Shown: positions 15,597 through 18,829 of the stretch, piece after piece
Numbering within the stretch: the stretch's first letter is position 1
Layout of the letters: each line of letters begins with the position of its first letter
Translations under genes and position numbers: made by a program
Assembly (NCBI GenBank): GCA_049970015.1
Contig: JBMFNT010000016.1
Coordinates: 1 to 18,829 of the forward strand
Length of the DNA: 18,829 bases
Reading direction: 5' to 3'
Origin: Candidatus Micrarchaeia archaeon
Lineage (GTDB): Archaea > Micrarchaeota > Micrarchaeia > CAILAH01
The notes under the pieces: model-generated
The model's database searches: none
Told to the model about the DNA's origin: nothing
Seen by the model: only the letters and a program-made list of their open reading frames with translations

Positions 15597-16127
15597 ATGG
15601 TATTAGATATGTTTGTACCTAAACCAATGCCTAGAGTACAGGATGCCAGCAGGGGCAATTCTCTGGAAAGGACCTATGATTATATAATAGGGGACGATGA
15701 CCCACCACAGGCAGTTTCTGGATCAAAGGCAGAACTGCAAGAAAAAGATGATGCAAATAAAAAAATTGCTATCTTGCTGGATCAGCCAGCATATACAACA
15801 GGCCAACTAGTGAAAGGCAAAGTAAAAATAAACTTGGATGGACCTACAAAGGCAGAATCGCTTATAGTTGCAGTATGGGGACAAAAGCCGATAACAATGC
15901 TCTCTACTGGTGAAACAAAGACAATGTTTGTTAGTCAAAGATATGTTGAGTTGTGCAAAGATAAGGTATTTGACAAGGAGGAAATATTTGATTTTGAGCT
16001 TCCAATTGTTACACCCTATCCTGAGATAGCAGCAAACTACAAGTGGTATGTTGGCGTTTCACTATTAGTTAATATAGAAAAGGAAATATCAGATATGAAA
16101 GAAATAAAGGTAGTTGACAGGGTATGA
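15597..16127 (+). CDS. Arrestin-N/SpoOM-like beta-sandwich protein with a disordered N-terminal extension
   Basis: IAILLDQPAYTTGQLVKGKVKINLDGPTKAESLIVAVWG...FDFELPI...YKWYVGVSL matches the arrestin-N pattern (l.ld...y.pGe.v.G.v.l...k...l.v...G...F.f.lP...w.v). The GGAGTGG ribosome-binding site favours ATG 15597 (the ORF track uses GTG 15588). Confidence 0.7.
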   Translation: MVLDMFVPKPMPRVQDASRGNSLERTYDYIIGDDDPPQAVSGSKAELQEKDDANKKIAILLDQPAYTTGQLVKGKVKINLDGPTKAESLIVAVWGQKPITMLSTGETKTMFVSQRYVELCKDKVFDKEEIFDFELPIVTPYPEIAANYKWYVGVSLLVNIEKEISDMKEIKVVDRV

Positions 16128-16372
16128 GCGAATTTAACAGCTCCTCTTTTTTTGTCAAGCTCGTTGGGCTAGCAATATTGGCCAGCTTCATTGTTGACCC
16201 ATCATTTTTTATCAAAAACTCTCTTATGAGCAGGTATGGTGAAGTATTAAACCTACTTCCTGAGCTTTTTAAGTATGTGTCATTTCCAATACTGCTTGAA
16301 TGGATACTAAGGGCACTTTTATTCCTCAAGTTGTCAATATTTGGCATTAATGTTAAAAATGAGAGGGGTTAA
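16124..16372 (+). CDS. Small two-TM membrane protein
   Basis: ATGA overlap with the upstream stop, two hydrophobic segments, and an end 1 nt before the nuclease ATG. Confidence 0.65.
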   Translation: MSEFNSSSFFVKLVGLAILASFIVDPSFFIKNSLMSRYGEVLNLLPELFKYVSFPILLEWILRALLFLKLSIFGINVKNERG

Positions 16373-16373
16373 C

Positions 16374-17069
16374 ATGCCATGGAAATTGTCCCCATCATCC
16401 CTCGCGTTATACAATGAGTGTCCCAGATGTTTCTGGTTGCATCTGGTGAAGAAAGTAAAAAGACCAACCCCAATATTTCCTTCACTCCCGTCAGGTATCG
16501 ATGCTTTACTAAAAAGGTATTTTGACAGTTATGCTATTAGAAACAGCTTGCCGCCCGAGTTAAATCCACTGAAAGACAAGTATTCCTTGTTTTCAGATAT
16601 TGAAACACTTAGGTCGTGGAGGGCTCCGAATGGCGGTCTCTCTTGGACGGATGCTGATGGGAATGTACTGCGAGGCGCAGTTGATAATATACTAGTGAGA
16701 AAAGATGATGACCGGCTTGTTGTGCTCGATTATAAAACAATGGGGTTTGAAAGAGAAAATACTTATGAAAAAATGGCACAATATTATCAAGATCAAATCA
16801 GTATATACACATTTTTGCTCCAAAAGCAAGGCTACAAAACAGAGAATTACGCATATCTCTTATTTTATTCACCCCACTCTGTTCAAAGCGATGGGAAAAT
16901 CGTATTCAAAACCTACATAGTAAAGTGCAATGTTGTTCCTGAAGATGGGTTAAAGCTATTTAAGAGCGCAATAAAAATACTTAATGGAGCTATGCCTGAT
17001 AGCAATGAGGATTGTGAATTTTGCAGGTGGGCATCGGAGTATAAGCATGCAGTTTCATCTTCTATATAG
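16374..17069 (+). CDS. Solo PD-(D/E)XK nuclease (Cas4/RecB-like, not CRISPR-associated)
   Basis: LSPSSLALYNECPRCFWL, LRGAVDNIL, VVLDYKT, YQDQISIY and a C-terminal CEFC. GAGGGG ribosome-binding site before ATG 16374. Confidence 0.9.
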   Translation: MPWKLSPSSLALYNECPRCFWLHLVKKVKRPTPIFPSLPSGIDALLKRYFDSYAIRNSLPPELNPLKDKYSLFSDIETLRSWRAPNGGLSWTDADGNVLRGAVDNILVRKDDDRLVVLDYKTMGFERENTYEKMAQYYQDQISIYTFLLQKQGYKTENYAYLLFYSPHSVQSDGKIVFKTYIVKCNVVPEDGLKLFKSAIKILNGAMPDSNEDCEFCRWASEYKHAVSSSI

Positions 17070-18381
17070 GAATTTGCCACCCAAAAGTGCTCTGGAGTGC
17101 TAACAAAAAAAGAATGACACCTGTTAGTGGGATTATATATTTGCACCAGAAATACAAATGCCTTCCTATAATTTTTGTATGCCCATCTAATTCTTTGAGA
17201 TAATCATCCATATTCCATACCCACAACAAAGAGCATATTACTAATATTGATATTGGTGCGCCTAATGATACAAAATAGAAATCAACTGCATCTAAGAATG
17301 GCTTGCCAAGCAACTCTACTTTTAGGGGAGTATATGAGAAAGCTGATGGGATTGCAAGAACTGAGACCACAATACCAGCAGCAAGAACGGAGGTTTTTCT
17401 GGTGAGTTTAAATTTATACTCAAGGTTTGAAACGATGAACTCGAGAAATGCAATGCATGATGTGAGCGCGGCTATGAATAGGAGTATAAAGAAAGCAGTA
17501 CCTACTAATGCACCATATGGCATAACCTCAAATATTGAAGGTAGCACAGTAAATGCTAGCGCAGTACCGGCACTAGGATTGTAGCCAAAAGCAAACACTG
17601 CAGGAAATATGAACAAGCCGGCCAATAGGGCAAGTGATGTATCTGCACTTGCGATCACCAGTGAGTCTTTAAGGAGCGATTCCTTTGTTCTTACATATGA
17701 TGCATAAGTGAGCATTAGGCCATACCCAACAGATAAAGAGAATACTGCTTGCGCAATTGCAATAAGCCAGATATCGGGTGTAAATAATTTCTGGGGCTCG
17801 AACTTGAAATAAAAATCCAACCCTTTGCTTGAATTGGGCAGTGAAATGCTAAATACTGCCAGACCCAGTGCTATTATGAATAGCATTGGAACTAAAAGTT
17901 TGCTCACACGCTCAATCCCAGACTTTACCCCAGCCATGACTATAATGCAAGTGAGCATAATGACAATCCAGTAGTAATACACTCCGCTGTATGTATTTGA
18001 ATACTCCGCGAAGTGCATTGTGTTGCCGAGAAATGTGTTTACTGCATAGTTAAGTGTCCACCCAGATACGACTACATAAAAGCTCATTATAATAATCATT
18101 AGTACAAAAGGTATGAGCCAAAGCATCCTGTACTTTTTGCTGATCTCATCAAAAGTGCCAGCCAAAGATTTTTTAAAACGTCTTCCAATTGAAATCTCAA
18201 TGAGCATAAGAGGGATTCCTACAAGCAGCACACATATAAGGTATACTATGATAAAATTTCCACCCCCATATTGGCCCATTATGTAAGGAAACCTCCAGAA
18301 GTTTCCCAAACCTACTGCTGATCCAATAGATGCAAGTATAAACGCAAGCGTACCAGACCATGAATCATTGTTTGAACCCAT
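17062..18381 (-). CDS. Sodium-dependent transporter, SNF/NSS family (LeuT/MhsT-like)
   Basis: WSGTLAFILASIGSAVGLGNFWRFPY, GGGNF, EISIGR, FYVVVSGW, GVKSGIE, QAVFSLSVGYG, YASY, AALTSCIAFLE; about 11 TM segments. Confidence 0.97.
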   Translation of the reverse strand: MGSNNDSWSGTLAFILASIGSAVGLGNFWRFPYIMGQYGGGNFIIVYLICVLLVGIPLMLIEISIGRRFKKSLAGTFDEISKKYRMLWLIPFVLMIIIMSFYVVVSGWTLNYAVNTFLGNTMHFAEYSNTYSGVYYYWIVIMLTCIIVMAGVKSGIERVSKLLVPMLFIIALGLAVFSISLPNSSKGLDFYFKFEPQKLFTPDIWLIAIAQAVFSLSVGYGLMLTYASYVRTKESLLKDSLVIASADTSLALLAGLFIFPAVFAFGYNPSAGTALAFTVLPSIFEVMPYGALVGTAFFILLFIAALTSCIAFLEFIVSNLEYKFKLTRKTSVLAAGIVVSVLAIPSAFSYTPLKVELLGKPFLDAVDFYFVSLGAPISILVICSLLWVWNMDDYLKELDGHTKIIGRHLYFWCKYIIPLTGVILFLLALQSTFGWQIPI

Positions 18382-18395
18382 ATTAATAATATGGG
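18377..18395. promoter_or_regulatory. 19-bp palindrome overlapping the transporter start codon
   Basis: CCCATATTA-A-TAATATGGG; the minus-strand ATG (18379-18381) lies inside one arm. Confidence 0.5.
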
Positions 18396-18399
18396 AATA

Positions 18400-18603
18400 A
18401 GCATTAATAAATGGTGCACATCTATATAAACAGGCCTATAATCACATATGTCACAACAGCAATCAATCCACTGTCATACTCTGCACTTGCCAGCCACTTG
18501 TAGCATTAATAAATGGTGCACATCTATATAAACAGGCCTATAATCACATATGTCACAACTGCAATCAATCCACTGTCATGCTCTGCACTTGCCAGCCACT
18601 TGT
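18400..18603. repeat. Tandem direct duplication, 2 x 102 bp, 2 mismatches
   Basis: Units 18400-18501 and 18502-18603 both run agcattaataaatggtgcac...gccagccacttgt. They differ only at acaacAgc/acaacTgc and gtcatAct/gtcatGct. Confidence 0.97.
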
Positions 18604-18829
18604 TTATATTACATACTCCAGCCTTGCGAATGGTATCCTATCCACGAATTCTGGGTTTGCTAGCACTTCCTTAACATCAACGTGCGGTCAGGTGTGGAAT
18701 ACATGCACCTTGCCAATTTCTATGCTTCTAGGACCATTTCTAATATTATTTAAGAATTTCTTACATAATTTATCCCATAACCCTCTCTCACTAATAAGTC
18801 AATATCCTCATTCTCCACAAGCCTTGAGC
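18604..18829 (-). pseudogene. Degraded minimal nucleotidyltransferase-like gene (5' end outside the window)
   Basis: Stitched frames: AQGL / ENEDIDLLVRE / LWDKLCKKFLNNIRNGPRSIEIGKVHVFHT*PHVDVKEVLANPEFVDRIPFARLEYVI*. It has a G-[LI]-x-E-x-x-DID Pol-beta-like motif and a (D)GIPF..LE.V-like tail, two apparent 1-nt frameshifts and an in-frame TGA. Confidence 0.6.

Noticed and set aside
16374..18603. Possible CRISPR-Cas locus (Cas4-like nuclease plus a repeat)
   Set aside because: There are no cas1/cas2 or effector genes. The repeat is two abutting 102-bp units without spacers, not a 25-45-bp repeat-spacer array.
18686..18692. In-frame TGA as evidence for stop-codon reassignment or selenocysteine
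   Set aside because: TGA terminates intact genes here (mutS, the dehydrogenase, the wHTH regulator), Trp is encoded by TGG, and the same remnant also has frameshifts, so decay is the simpler explanation.

Overview
AT-rich, gene-dense chromosomal window that looks archaeal. Evidence: TATA-like boxes about 22-25 nt before start codons, GGTGA-type ribosome-binding sites, an AF2198-type JAMM gene and a COG2512-like regulator. A DPANN/Micrarchaeota-like small genome is my inference, not proven. From left to right: the 3' end of thioredoxin; a decayed JAMM/MPN+ isopeptidase pseudogene missed by the ORF track; a membrane-anchored lysozyme/lytic-transglycosylase-like protein; a small exported protein; a minus-strand PfpI/DJ-1 - DUF72 - mutS - mutL cluster in which MutS ends in an archaeal-style PIP box; a divergent three-gene envelope cassette (membrane-tethered wHTH regulator, secreted coiled-coil protein, acidic lipoprotein) with repeated GTTTC(C/T) boxes; NAD kinase; a D-2-hydroxyacid dehydrogenase; a Zn-dependent PLC/P1-nuclease-like protein; a prokaryotic Ku with no LigD in the window, directly behind an unannotated 50-aa ORF; a collapsed Na+/Pi cotransporter remnant; an unannotated CxxC-x17-CxxC microprotein with a 5' hairpin; an arrestin-N/SpoOM-like protein; a solo PD-(D/E)XK nuclease; an SNF (NSS) transporter whose promoter region carries a 102-bp tandem duplication; and a frameshifted nucleotidyltransferase-like pseudogene at the right edge. 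I recognised no tRNA, rRNA, CRISPR array or transposase. All calls come from reading motifs by eye; no database searches were run.
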